From: Camelus ferus
Taxonomy: Eukaryota
Length of the DNA stretch: 64,000 bases
Reading direction: 5' to 3'
Assembly: GCF_009834535.1 (NCBI RefSeq)
Contig: NC_045697.1
Span: 39,000,001 to 39,064,000, forward strand
Shown here: piece after piece, positions 36,619 through 49,390 of the stretch
Numbering within the stretch: the first letter of the stretch is position 1
Layout: the number at the start of each line of letters is the position of its first letter
Position numbers and translations under genes: made by a program
The notes under the pieces: model-generated
The model's input: only the letters and a program-made list of their open reading frames with translations
Databases searched by the model: none
What the model was told of the DNA's origin: nothing

Positions 36619-36832
36619 CGGTTGACCCTTGAACAATGTGAGTTTAAACAACATGGGTTCACTTATATGTGGATTTTTCAATGAACATGTACTACAGTAC
36701 TACACACTCTGTGATTGTTCGAATACATTAATGTGGAAACATAGATACAGAGAATCATCTGTAAAGTTATAAATGGATTTTGACTGCATAGAGGGTCAGT
36801 GCCAATAACCTGCAAGGTTCAAGAGTCAACTG
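36619..36832. mobile_element. Tigger-family MITE (MER8-like)
   Basis: TIRs CGGTTGACCCTTGAAC / GTTCAAGAGTCAACTG with TA target duplication. Confidence 0.85.
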
Positions 36833-38499
36833 TATATTGTTAAAAAAAAATGGGAGTTGCAAAATAATAAGGCACAGAGATCTCAATTTTAAGGATATGT
36901 AGCTGTATTACCAGAATGAGAAAGTTGAGAAGTACACTAAAATATAAGGATATAAAATACTGAAAAAAAAAAAAAGAGAGAGAGAGAGAAAGAGACCATT
37001 TGAACTAGGGATCTATTTCCTAATATTAAGAACAAGAAAAATGGACCTTAATTCTCTGGGACCTTCAAAACATCTATCAGATTTAATGGCCACATAGAGA
37101 GGTATTTTTCCTGATGGCCTGGAGCCATACTGACAAAAGTAATGGACAAGGTGATAAGTAATCTAAGATCTCTGGTTTGCATTAATGTGCTCCCTTGCCC
37201 ATATCTATGGTCAAATTTTTATGTTACCTGGAGCAATGCTTTGCGCTTAGTAGGTGCTGCATAACTGTTGCAAACTGGCAGGAAGGAATATACGAACTTA
37301 CTGTCGAATGTAAAACAGATGTGACTACTTTGGAAACGTAACCAAATAGGTTTTGAGGTACCAGGAAGGAGTGCATTTGCAAATCAGGAAATACTCAACC
37401 CTAGGAAGCAGATGCTGGTATGTTTTTGGTCAAAACATCTTTTTCATAGAAAGCTCTGGGGTCACATTTTTACTTTGGTGACTATCAAAATGTTTAATCT
37501 ATCCAGGGAATTTATTTCCAAAATGACATTCTGAGTGATTGCTTCCATTCACAGCAACCTGGGGTTTGCTATAATTGCCTTTGATGTCTGTTCTGTGGCT
37601 TTTCTCCCTCTCCTAACCCTTGTCACTGACAATTACCCTGGGAGGCTGCTCGTGACAATGGAGACTATTGCCTCAATGAAAGTATCCACGGAGCCAGAGG
37701 CTGCAGACGCTGCTGAAGGCACACTGAGAACTAAGGGAAATCCCAGGGGTTTGCTCACACTTGAAATACATGATTTTCTTCTCTACAGTGTATGCCCATT
37801 GTCACAAGATTTTGGGCAGCAGTTCCATCTCAGATCTCCATTGGATCCCCAAGCTGCCTCTGTTACAGGCAAAGTGACTCTTAATATTGCAAGCCTGCAG
37901 CTGGGGAATTCTGAGGACAGACAGAGAAAAGAGAGGGTCCTGGCTAGTGTGATGACAGTGCCCTAGGGGCTGTCTTCCATTTCTGCCTTCTGCACCCAGC
38001 AATCTTTCTTGAAGGATCAAGATATTTTATGAGCTGCCAGAGAGAGAAAGGAACTAACATTTGCTGAGTAATGAGTATGGGCTACTGGCTGAACAGATCG
38101 GTCTTATTCCTACCGTATGTAAGAGGTATTATCACTTTCCTTTTCATATGAGAAAAATGGGGCTCTCTTAGGGTATAAACTTGGATCTCTTGACTCTAAA
38201 ATTCACATTCTTTCTACTACTAGGAGCTTTGAGAGAGTAGGGAATGGGAGTCAAGATTACTGGCTTATTTGGAGCAGTACGCTCAGTAAATGACACCAGG
38301 ACAGGGCTTCATGGAGATGAGCATAAAATAGTATAATCCAATACATTAGTTTAATTATATTGGAGCAAAATACTCCCCTTTAATGCATCCTGATTTGGGG
38401 GAAACACCTGAAACTTTAAGACTATTGAAAGTACCTCATTATGAACTTTTTAACAATTTAGTATGTGTCCTGATCCTCAGCCCATCACACCTCAACGGT

Positions 38500-38982
38500 T
38501 AGTTAAGAACCATGAAACAGAGCCAGGACCCTGTGTGGCCCTCCAGGATTCAAGTCCTTTCCATGTCTTCTGTTTCTATTGATAGGAAATACGCTTCATT
38601 CAGCCTCCTAGACCTTCCCTGAATTCCAAAGGGTGGATTCAAAGAGTTGCTTATCAGGAAAGGAAGGGAATGCAGGAACAAAGGAGGAGCAGTCAAGAAA
38701 CAATCCTGTGTCCTTGGGGCAGGGTCCTTGTTCCTCCTCAAGGAATATACATAACAGTATCTTTGAGCTCTTCTGCAGGAACTAAGGACCACCCCTCCCC
38801 CATGTGGAAGATGGCAACTTCAGGTTGGAGCACGGCCCTGTTACCTTGCCACCAACCAATGAGAAGAAAGTCATAGACCCTGTAGCCCTCACTCCAAATT
38901 TTGCCCATAAAAACTTCTCCCAGAAAACCCATCAGGGAGTTTGGGGTTTGAGGCACAAGCCCTCATTCTCCTTGCTTGGCCA
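38500..38982 (+). mobile_element. ERV1-type LTR, 3'-truncated
   Basis: GAAACAGAGCCAGGACCC…, CATAAAAACTTCTCC TATA-like, CCCATCAGGGAGTTTGGGG…CTCCTTGCTTGGCC. Confidence 0.7.
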
Positions 38983-39199
38983 CATTTTGTTTCATTTGGC
39001 CTCACTGCATCAGGCACACGTACTTGCATTTGCATTTGGTCACAGTCAGAAGCTCCTTTTTCAAATCCTAACTTTCCAGCTTTCCACTGTTGGCCACTTC
39101 CTGGAAAGGTATGCAAAAAAGGCCAGCCACACTGGATAAAGTTTTACTTGGGGCTCCTGCTGCCTTCATAATTAGTCACATTTCAAATATGCCCAAGTA

Positions 39200-39310
39200 G
39201 GGGGATAGGGGAGCATAGCTTAGTGGTAGACTGAGTGCTTGCCATGCACAGGGTCCTGGGTTCAATCCCCAGTGCCTCTGTTAAGGGTGGGGAAAATAAA
39301 GCAAAAACAA
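39200..39310 (+). mobile_element. Vic-1-type SINE
   Basis: ATAGCTTAGTGGTAGA…GGTCCTGGGTTCAATCCCCAGTGCCTC; flanks both end in CAAGTA. Confidence 0.8.
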
Positions 39311-39784
39311 AAATACTCAAGTAAGATAAATTATACTCATCATCATGAACTTCTCAATGTCTTTATGAGCCCAGTCCCAATATTATTTAAAATTGACAAA
39401 CTGTTCCTGATAAATGATACTAAAATGTACTTGCAAGCCTGAAAAATAGAGTTGTAGGTAGAAGTGGTTACAAAGAATTCCTTGAAACCAAGAAGTTCAC
39501 AGAAAGGAAATTTAAATTGTCAAACTCTTGACTGTGTGGAATAGTATAAGAATAAATTGTCATAGAGGACACTTGGTCGTCTACAAGCAGTGAAAGATGA
39601 GTTTTTTAGAAATAGAAAAAGAGTTTTTAAAGTGTCTACTATTGATTCTGGAAGGAAAAAAGAAGATATGGCAATAGAAGCCATTTCACTTCTTCTGTTT
39701 GACTCATATTCTTAGAGATGACTTTGTCTGAGGGCTGAGTTTAAAATAAAGAATGTGTCCTTTCCATTGTCATTATTTAAGACC

Positions 39785-40055
39785 TTTTTTTTTTTGGTTT
39801 AAACAACAGAAATTTATTGTCTCACAGTTTTGGAGGCCAGAAGCCTGCAAGCAAGATGACAGCAGGTTGGTTCCTTTTGAGGGCTGTGAGGAAGAATTTG
39901 TTCTTTGTCTCTCCCCTACAAATTTCCTCTTTTTTAAAAAAATTTTTGAAACATTTTTTATTGAGTTATAGTCATTTTACAATGTTGTGTCAAATTCCAA
40001 TGTAGAGCACAATTTTTCAATTATACATGAATATACATATATTCATTGTCACATT
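39785..40055 (-). mobile_element. L1 3' end plus transduced MLT1 fragment plus poly(A), within one TSD
   Basis: TSD TTTAAGACCTT at 39776-39786 and 40056-40066; see findings. Confidence 0.8.
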
Positions 40056-40601
40056 TTTAAGACCTTCTTGTCAATGTGAATGTTCAGTTCTCTGAAAAGA
40101 GTTGAGTACTTAAAAAGGACCTTAAACTCTGTAGCAAGCCACTTGAATGAATATACCAAATGTCAAATCTGATTTTGAAAAAAACAATTTTGGAAAACAT
40201 TTCCATAGTAGTTTTGATTTTCTCTACTTCTGAGAAAAAAGCTCTTGGATTCCTGAAGTTTTCCTAAGTTCCTTTTATCTCTTTCATAACAGTGCTTCTT
40301 AAGTTTTAATGTACACTGACAGCTTGTCAAAATAAAATTTCTGATTCAGTAGGTCTGGGTTGGGCTTCAGATTCTGCATTTTTACTAAGCTCTCAGGTGA
40401 TGACTGTGTTGCTGATTGATGTACTACACTCTGTGTGAAACTTCAGATCACAGAATTCTTAAAACTCAGTGGGACCAGGTCTCAAAAGCAAGAACTAAAT
40501 GGAAGGCTTTTCATAAGGGGAAATTTAAGAATGAAAAGAATACAAATAGAAACTATCTTAAACCAGGACTTACTGAGGGCTTTACCATGAAGGAACATTG
40601 A

Positions 40602-40778
40602 TTTTTTGTTTGTTTGTTTTGAGGGGAATAATGTTAGGTTAATTTAAATTTATTTATTTTATATATATATATATATTTTAGATTTTTATATGTTTTTAAA
40701 TGGAGGTACTGGGGATTGAACCCAGGGCCTCATGCATGTTAAGCAGCAGCTCTACCACTGAGCCATACCCTCCCTTCC
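40602..40778 (-). mobile_element. Vic-1-type SINE
   Basis: GGAGGTACTGGGGATTGAACCCAGG…CTACCACTGAGCCATACCCTCCC. Confidence 0.88.
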
Positions 40779-41211
40779 ATGGGCTTTTAATGAGGAGGAA
40801 CTTGATTAGATTGGTTTACTATCACTCCTTTCTTACTAAATAGGAGTTTATATTAACAACACACAAGCCTCTGCTGGGGAAAATAGTCAGATAATGGCAG
40901 CAAAGCCCTAGCAAAATCTTTATCTCTCCCCGACTATCTCCCTACCTCCTGACAGTTAAGTGGAAGTTGAGAAATTTCATAAGCACAGGCTAAGAGATAC
41001 AGTCTTTGCTCAAGATATATATGATCTCAAAGCTACAAACTCCCAGGTCTTCACAATTTTGTAGAATACAAGAAAAATTCTGTAAAGAAGCTTCCTGTCC
41101 ATAACAAACTGCAACATCTTTTCTGATTCTTTTTAAGCTTCGGTATCTTTGCAGTGTATCCTCATAGGGTCATCATGAGAAAAAACTGTATAGTCCAGAC
41201 AGAGATCGAGT

Positions 41212-41860
41212 TGAGACAGGATGGAAGAGGGCAGGGCACAGCTTTTTAAGGAATGACAGCAGTTAACACCAAAATGGTGGAAGGTTCAACTCCCAGTTGG
41301 CCTCGAGGATTGCGATGATGGGAGGTTTGACTTCTAGTGGAACTTGAGCTTCATTATATGCTCATTGTAACATATTAGTGTGATCAATAACATGCCCACA
41401 GGTGCCAGGACAGTCCCAAGGCTAACCACAAAAGGTCAAAGAGTGGGTGGTGGCCAAATTCCTGGCAATCCCAGCCCCCTCCCCAGGGTATCTGGAATGG
41501 TCCCATGTGTAGGCATGTGAAGCTACTGAGCCCATAAAAACTGGCAACAGCACACCTGGCAGCCCTTTTTCGCTCCCTCCTCTTCAGAGATGGCCCACAC
41601 TCTGTCTATGAAGTGTGTACCTACTTTTACTTTAACTTGAGCACCCAATTCCCACACCTTTTTCCTTGCCTTTCTCTTGTCTTACACTCTATGCAGTATG
41701 TATCTCTCTAAATAAATCTACCTTTACTCAACTGTGCCTCACACTTGAATTCTTTCCTGCATGAAGCCAAGGACCCATACCTGGTGGGGCACAGCCCAGG
41801 GGCTCCACAAAGACCTGGGGCACGGCCCTCCTCACGTCCCACATCCATTTTCCTGCATCT
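41212..41860 (+). mobile_element. ERV1-type solo LTR, 649 bp
   Basis: TG start, perfect 4-bp TSD GAGT (41208-41211, 41861-41864), CATAAAAA TATA-like near 41533, AATAAA near 41711. Confidence 0.85.
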
Positions 41861-43145
41861 GAGTCACCCCAGTGGGGAGGTTTCCTGAGCCCTTACTGGG
41901 CCAAGCAATTCCTCTGGGCTCTCATAACCCTAATGCATGCTTTGATCATGACACTTAATACCTTGCATTTAGAAATCGTTTAAACTATTTTCTCACCTAA
42001 AATACCTCCTTGGAAAAAGTAATAATAAAGGTAATCTTTATTGAGCACTTACTTTGTGTAGGCATATTCTAACACTTTTTATCTCTACAACAGCCTTATG
42101 AAGTAGGTGCTGCTATCCACCCCCATGTTACAGATAAAGAAACTGAGGCTCAGAGTTGTAGTAATCGCCCAAGGTCATTGGGCTAGTTAGTGAAAGAGCT
42201 GGGATAGTAACCCAGGCAGTCAGGCTCTAGAACCCACATTCTACTTGAGTGGAAGCTTCCCAAGTATTCTGTCAGTAGTTCTATAACATAGCACAGTGTG
42301 GTAGCGGGTATCTGTTTTTGTTGGATTTCACTTGGGTTAAATCATCTGAATCATGCTAAGAATGTAATAAATGCTTGTAGTCTTAATCTCTTCTCCCAGA
42401 AGTCTCAGGTACAAATATAGCTACAAAGTACAAGTTTTCTACTTGTGCTGCCTTCACATCTTCAGCTTCTGTTCAGCCTTCAACCCATACAAAGCCAGCC
42501 AGTTGTCTGTCCTCATCACTCTACCCAAAGTGACCTTTTCAAAGTCATGGCTATCTTCCATGCTGCCATATCTAATATATACATTCTACTCCTTAGACAT
42601 AGCCTCTCAGCAGGCTTTTGACCTAGGCTTCTGGTTTCTTTGACACTATACTGTTTTGTTCTCTGATGTATCTGTTCCCTCTCCAGTCTCCTTTGCTACT
42701 TCTCCTCCATGGGTCTCTAAATATTGGAGTTCCAATTTGAGATTGTATCATGTCAACTATTCTGTGTCTGTCTTTATTTCTTCTCTCATTCTTTCCTCCA
42801 CTCCTTTTCCCATCCCCGTCTATTCTCATGACTTTAAATATCTTCTTGTTGATACAAATGCCTCCTAAACTTACACCGTCAGCCCAGGCCTCTCCCCTGA
42901 ACTCTAAGCTTAGAGCTTCTTTAACATCTCCACTGGGATGTACCATGGGCATTTTCAACTTCATATGTTCAAAACTAAACTTCATTGTCATGTATAAGCA
43001 GAAAAAAATAAGCCCCATAAGCTGTGGCAACTGGGCCAATCTTTTGCCAGAGAAAAGGTCTTTTCCCACATGACACTGACTACAAAGAAGAAACTCAGGG
43101 GTAAGGAAAATGATATTTTTAGTTGGTTGTTCAAAGTTAAAATAT

Positions 43146-43331
43146 GGGGGTGTAGGATATGGCTCAAGTGATAGAGTGCATGCCTAGCAAGCACAAGGTC
43201 CTGGGTTCAATCCCCAGTATCTCCTCTAAATAAATAATACACCTAATTCCCCCCCCCCCAAAGAAAAAATTAGGTTAAAAAAAATTAAAAATCAAATCTC
43301 TGGCCGTGAAAGAAAACCATAAATCTTGATC
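43146..43331 (+). mobile_element. Vic-1-type SINE with 40-bp 3' extension
   Basis: 16-bp TSD CAAAGTTAAAATATGG at 43132-43147 and 43332-43347. Confidence 0.88.
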
Positions 43332-43740
43332 CAAAGTTAAAATATGGCTCCCACAGAAATGTGTGTGTATGTGTGTGCCTGAAAGATTTGTCTAACTTAT
43401 CAGTAAAGGAACCAGCAGATGATAAAGCTGTTTCAAAGAACATTTGATAAATAGAGACCAGGAAAGACACGCTAAATAAATTTGCTAGGTGAGAGACACA
43501 GCTAATTAATGTCCTACAGGGAAAAAAAGACTCTAAATAGCCCTTTGTGGTATCTTTCTGCTGGAGAGGAATCAGTTGCCTCTCTACCAAACAAAAATCT
43601 ACAAGCTAACAAGTACCTTCACAGAGCCTGGGCCTAAACAATATCAAGTAGCACAGCAAAAGTTGTCATTTCCTTAGAGAATTGAATCATCCTTGGGATA
43701 ATTTTTCTTAACACATGCAGAATATTTACACAATTTATTC

Positions 43741-45962
43741 TTTTTTTTTAACATTTTTTATTGATTTATAATCATTTTACAATGTTGTGTCAAATTCCAG
43801 TGTTCAGCACAATTTTTCAGTCATTCATGGACATATACACACTCATTGTCACATTTTTTTCTCTGTGAGTTATCATAACATTTTGTGTATATTTCTCTGT
43901 GCTATACAGTGTAATCTTGTTTATCTATTCTACAATTTTGAAATCCCAGTCTATCCCTTCCCACCCTCCACCCCCCTGGCAACCACAAGTCTGTATTCTC
44001 TGTCTATGAGTCTATTTCTGTCCTGTATTTACGCTTTGTTTTTGTTTGTTTGTTTGTTTTTGTTTTTGTTTTTTAGATTCCACATATGAGCGATCTCATA
44101 TGGTATTTTTCTTTCTCTTTCTGGCTTACTTCACTTAGAATGACATTCTCCAGGAGCATCCATGTTGCTGCAAATGGCATTATGTTGGTTTTTATGGCTG
44201 AGTAGTATTCCATTGTATAAATATACAACCTCTTCTTTATCCAGTCACCTGTTGATGGACATTTAGGCTGTTTCCATGTTTTGGCTATTGTAAATAGTGC
44301 TGCTATGAACATTGGGGTGCAGGTGTCATCCTGAAGTAGGGTTCCTTCTGGATACAAGCCCAGGAGTGGGATTCCTGGGTCATATGGTAAGTCTATTCCT
44401 AGTCTTTTGAGGAATTTCCACACTGTTTTCCATAGTGGCTGCACCAAACTGCATTCCCACCAGCAGTGTAGGAGGGTTCCCCTTTCTCCACAGCCTCTCC
44501 AGCATTTGTCATTTGTGGATTTTGAATGACGGCCATTCTGACTGGTGTGAGGTGATACCTCATTGTAGTTTTGATTTGCATTTCTCTGATAATTAGTGAT
44601 ATTGAGCATTTTTTCATGTGCCTTTTGATCATTTGTATGTCTTCCTTGGAGAATTGCTTGTTTAGGTCTTCTGCCCATTTTTGGATTGGGTTGTTTATTT
44701 TTTTCTTATTGAGTTGTATGAGCTGCTTATATATTCTGGAGATCAAGCCTTTGTTGGTTTCATTTGCAAAAATTTTCTCCCATTCCGTAGGTTGTCTTCT
44801 TGTTTTACTTCTGGTTTCCTTTGCTGTGCAGAAGCTTGTAAGTTTCATTAGGTCCCATTTGTTTATTCTTGCTTTTATTTCTTCTAGGAGAAAATTTTTG
44901 AAATGTATGTCAGATAATGTTTTGCCTATATTTTCCTCTAGGAGGTTTATTGTATCTTGTCTTATGTTTAAGTCTTTGATCCATTTTGTGTTGATTTTTG
45001 TGTATGGTGTAAGGGAGTGTTCTAGCTTCATTGTTTTACATGCTGCTGTCCAGTTTTCCCAACATCATTTGCTGAAGAGACTGTCTTTATTCCATTGTAT
45101 AGTCTTGCCTCCTTTGTCGAAGATTAGTTGACCAAAAGTTTGTGGGTTCATTTCTGGGCTCTCTATTCTTTTCCATTGGTCTATATGTCTGTTTTTGTAC
45201 CAATACCATGCTGTCTTGATGACTGTAGCTCTATAGTATTGCCTGAAGTCTGGGAGAGTTATTCCTCCAGCCTCTTTCTTTCTCTTCAGTAATGCTTTGG
45301 CAATTCTAGGTCTTTGATGGTTCCATATAAATCTTATTATGATTTGTTCTAGTTCTGTGAAATATGTCCTGGGTAATTTGATAGGGATTGCATTAAATCT
45401 GTAGATTGCCGTGGGCAGTGTGACCATTTTAACAATATTGATTCTTCCAATCCAAGAGCATGGAATATCTTTCCATTTTTTAAAGTCTTCTTTAATTTCC
45501 TTCATCAATGGTTTATAGTTTTCTGTGTATAATTCTTTCACCTCCTTGGTTAGATTTATTCCCAGATATTTTATTACTTTGGGTGCTATTTTAAAGGGGA
45601 TTGTTTCTTTACTTTCTTTTTCTGTTGATTCATCATTAGTGTAAAGAAATGCAACTGATTTTTGAACGTTAATTTTGTAACCTGCTACCTTGCTGAATTC
45701 TTCAATCAGCTCTAGTACCTTTTGTGTGGACCTTTTAGGGTTTTATATATATAGTAACATGTCGTCAGCATATAGTGACACTTTTACCTCTTCTTTTCCA
45801 ATTTGGATCCCTTTTATTTCTTTCTCTTGCCTGATTGCTGTGGCTGGGACTTCCAGGACTATGTTGAATAGGAGTGGTGATAGTGGGCATCCATGTCTTA
45901 TCCCAGATTTTAGTGGGAAGCTTTTGAGTTTTTCACCGTTGAGTACTATGCTGGCTGTAGGT
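43741..45962 (-). mobile_element. Young 5'-truncated L1, 2.2 kb: ORF2 reverse-transcriptase C-half (YADD) to 3'UTR and poly(A); ORF disrupted
   Basis: [14 protein letters not shown]…[37 protein letters not shown]; 18-bp TSD TTTACACA(A/C)TTTATTCTT at 43725-43742 and 45963-45980. Confidence 0.97.
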
Positions 45963-46829
45963 TTTACACACTTTATTCTTGAGCACACAGTTTATAACAA
46001 ATGGACAGAGCTGGGATTTTGATTTCAAAGCTCATATATACCTCTTATTTAGAAGGGGTGCTATGGAGATTTTCAGGGCAGACAACGGAATATCCATTAC
46101 CAGGACCATGCTCTTAGAACTCTGAAGATTGAGCCTCATTTTTGGATTTTTGTCAAAGCCTACTCTCTTGAGTCTTACTGAGTTTTCTCTTCCCCCAAAC
46201 CTGGCAAATAACTCAAGTTTATATCATTCAGTTACCAGTTTACCCAATGTTTTATTTAGTGTTATTTACCTTTATGTACATGTCCAGTTTCCTCAGGCAA
46301 GCATCTCAAAAGGAGGTTTTCTTTCTTAATACATTTGCTGAAGTTACAGCTCCTTGGATATGCTCAACAATGCTCAGTAAGGATTAACTGTAATAAGGCC
46401 ATATATAGGTGAAAATGAAAGCTAAAGATGTTGATAAAAAGAAGACTTATCGTAAAGTAAAATAACATGGAAAAGTTAATTGGAAGAAGAAATCTAAAAT
46501 TCATCTAGAAGGAACAGGATATGTACTGATACACTAAGGAGGCCACACTTAACCTTACCTTGAGAAGAATTCCTAAGAAAGGGAATTTCCAGTGATAACG
46601 TCCTATAGGAATTGTTTCCTAAGCAAATCATGTATTCAATCAGCAATTTATATTCAGTATCTGCTGTATATTAACTCCTGAGATACAGATATGAGTAAGT
46701 CAGAGATGGCCCAAACTTCGTGGAGATTATAGTGTACTGAGAAAGGCTAATACTAATTGCATGAAGATAATTAAATTACTATTAATAGATTGCACGTAAA
46801 TAAATAGTTTACTTAAAGGTAACATCTGA

Positions 46830-47180
46830 CAATATACCTGACTAGGAATCCTCAAAACTGTCAAGGTTATGAAAAATAAAGAAAGTTTGAGGAACTGTCA
46901 TCGCCTAGAGACATAACAATGAAACATACTCCTGGATGGGACTCTGGAACAGAGAAAGGACATTAGGCAAAAACTACAGAAATCTGAAAAAACTATGGAA
47001 TTTAGTTAATATTAATGTATCAAAAGTAACAATTGCATATTGATTCATTAATTATAACAAATGTGCTATTTTAATATAATAATAGGGGAAACTACATTGG
47101 GCTGAAAGTATATGGGATATTGTACTATCTGCTCAATTTTTCTGTAAATCTAAAACTGTTCTAAAAATAAAGTCTCAAAA
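46830..47180 (+). mobile_element. Old L1M 3'UTR fragment (similar at ~49770-50270)
   Basis: CTCAATTTTTCTGTAAATCTAAAACTGTTCTAAAAATAAAGT terminal text. Confidence 0.7.
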
Positions 47181-47257
47181 ATTGTAAATGTTTTCACTGT
47201 AAATAAAACAAAAATTATTTATGATAAACACTGAGAAGGTAAAACACTGGATGCTGA

Positions 47258-49115
47258 GTTCCAGTCAAGATGGTGGGGTAGTAAGACCATGAGCTCGCCT
47301 CTCCTTATGACTACAATGAAACTGAATGCTAAACAACCATCGAAAAAAGACTGGAACCTAGCAAAAGAGATCTTCTGCAACTGGAAACATAAAGAGGGAA
47401 CCACAGCAGGAAGGTAGGAGGGGCATGCTTGTGATATAATTGGGCCCCATACCTTCCGGATGGGTGACCCACAAGCTGAAGATTTGTTAAGTCACAGAGG
47501 CCCTCCCACAGGAGTGAGAGCTCTAAGCCCCACGTCAGTCTCCCCAGCTCAGTTTCTGGCATTGGGAAAAGAAGGAGACCCCAGGACATCTGGTTTTGAA
47601 GGCCAGGGATACTTGACTCTGGGAGTCTCATAGGACTGGGATAAATGGAGATTCCATTCACTTGAGAAGCCTACACGGAAACTCATGTGCGCCAGGTCCA
47701 AGGGCAGAGGCAGTGATTTCACAGGAACCTGGGCCAGACCTGCCTGCTGGATTTGGAGGGTCTCCTGGGGACATGGGGGATGGCTGCGGCTCACTCAGGG
47801 GACATAAACTGGTGGCAGACATTCCGGGAGTGTTAATCTACATGAGTTTTCCTGGAAGCTGACAACTTGATTGGATCATTAGCACCAAGATCTAGTCCCA
47901 CCCAACAGCCTGTAGAGAAGCCTCAGGCCAAACAATATACAGGGTGGGAACACAGCCACATCCATTATCAGACTTCTTAAGCCACAGAGGCCTCTAGACA
48001 TGGCCCTACCCACCAGAGGTCCAGGACCATGCTTCACCCAGCAGTGGGCAGGCACTGGCTCCTCCTGCCAGGAAACCTGGATAAGCCCCTAGTCCAGCCT
48101 CATCTACCAGGGACAGATAGTAGAAATAAGAAAACAATAATCCCAAAGCCCGTGGAAAGAATCCACAAACTCATAGAAAGACAGTATGAGGCCACAAAGG
48201 AGTATCTCCCAGGCCAAGGCACAAGATAAAATCCTTGAAGAAGAAATAAGTGACGAGGAGATAGGTAATTTATCTGAGAAACAGTTTAAAGTAATGATGG
48301 CCAAGATGTTCAGAGAACTCAAGAGGAGTAGAGATGCACAGAGTGAAGTTTTTAGTAAACAGTTGGAAAATATAAAGAATACCCAAACAGAGTTGAAGAA
48401 TAAAATCACTGAAATGAACAATACACTAGAAGGAACAAAGATAGACTAAATGAAGCAAAAGAACAGATCAGTGAGCTAGAAGACAGATTAGTGGAAATCA
48501 CTACTTCAGAACAGAAAAAAGGAATGAGGATAGTTTAAGAGAACTCTGGGACAACATGAAGTGCTCTAATCGCATTATAGGGGGTCCCAGAAAGAGAAGA
48601 GAGAGAGAAAGGACCTGAGAAAATTTTTAGAGAGATAATAACCGAAAACTTGCCCACCTTGGGAAAGGAAACAATCACCCGAGTCCTGGAAGTGCAGAGA
48701 GTACCACACAGAGTCAACCCAAAGAGGAACACACCAAGGCAAATAGTCATCAAGTTGACAATTAAGGATAAGGAGAAAATATTAAAATTAGCAAAAGAAA
48801 AGCAATGGATAGCGTACAAGGGAACTCCCATAAGGTTATTGGCTGATTTTTCAGCAGAAACTCTACAGACCAGAAGGGAGTGGCAAGATATATTTAAAAT
48901 GATGCAAGGGGGAAACTTACAGCCAAGAATACTTGTTCCAGCAAGGCTCTCCTTCAGACTTGATGGAGAAATCAAAAGCTTCACAGATAAAAGCTGAAAG
49001 ATTTCAGCACCACCAAATCAGCTTTACAACAAATGTTAAAGGAACTTCTCCAGTCATCAAACCATAAGAAAAGAGAACAAAAAGAAAAGAGAGAGAGAAA
49101 AAAAGAGATCTACAA
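47258..49115 (+). mobile_element. L1 5'UTR plus degraded ORF1
   Basis: CAAGATGG 5' start motif; ORF1p fragments EIGNLSEKQFKVMM, RNTPRQIVIKL, YKGTPIRLLADFSAETLQTRREW, LQPRILVPARLSF. Confidence 0.92.
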
Positions 49116-49117
49116 AA

Positions 49118-49390
49118 GATTGCTTTGGCTGTTCAGGGTCTTTTGTGGTTACTTATAAATTTTGGAATTGTTTGCTCTAGTTTTTGAGGAATGTTGCGAG
49201 TATTTTGATGGGGATTGTGTTGGATCTGTGGACTGCTTTGGGTAGTGTGGCCATTTTGAGTGTTGATTCTTCCAATCCAAGAGTGCAAGAAATCTTTCCA
49301 TTTCTTTGTATCACTTCGGTTTTCAGAGTATTGGTAACCTCTTTGGTTAAGTTTATTTCTAGGTATTTTGTTATTTTTGATTTAATGGAA
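49118..49390 (-). mobile_element. L1 ORF2 fragment in opposite orientation
   Basis: KYLEINLTKEV…MATLPKAVHRSNTIPIKI. Confidence 0.85.

Noticed and set aside
44073..45988. Long ORFs as a host reverse-transcriptase gene
   Set aside because: Fragments of a 5'-truncated L1 ORF2 broken by stops and frameshifts.
49003..49022. TTCAGCACCAC as an RE1/NRSE site
   Set aside because: Left half only, no GGACAG right half; it is ordinary L1 ORF1 sequence.
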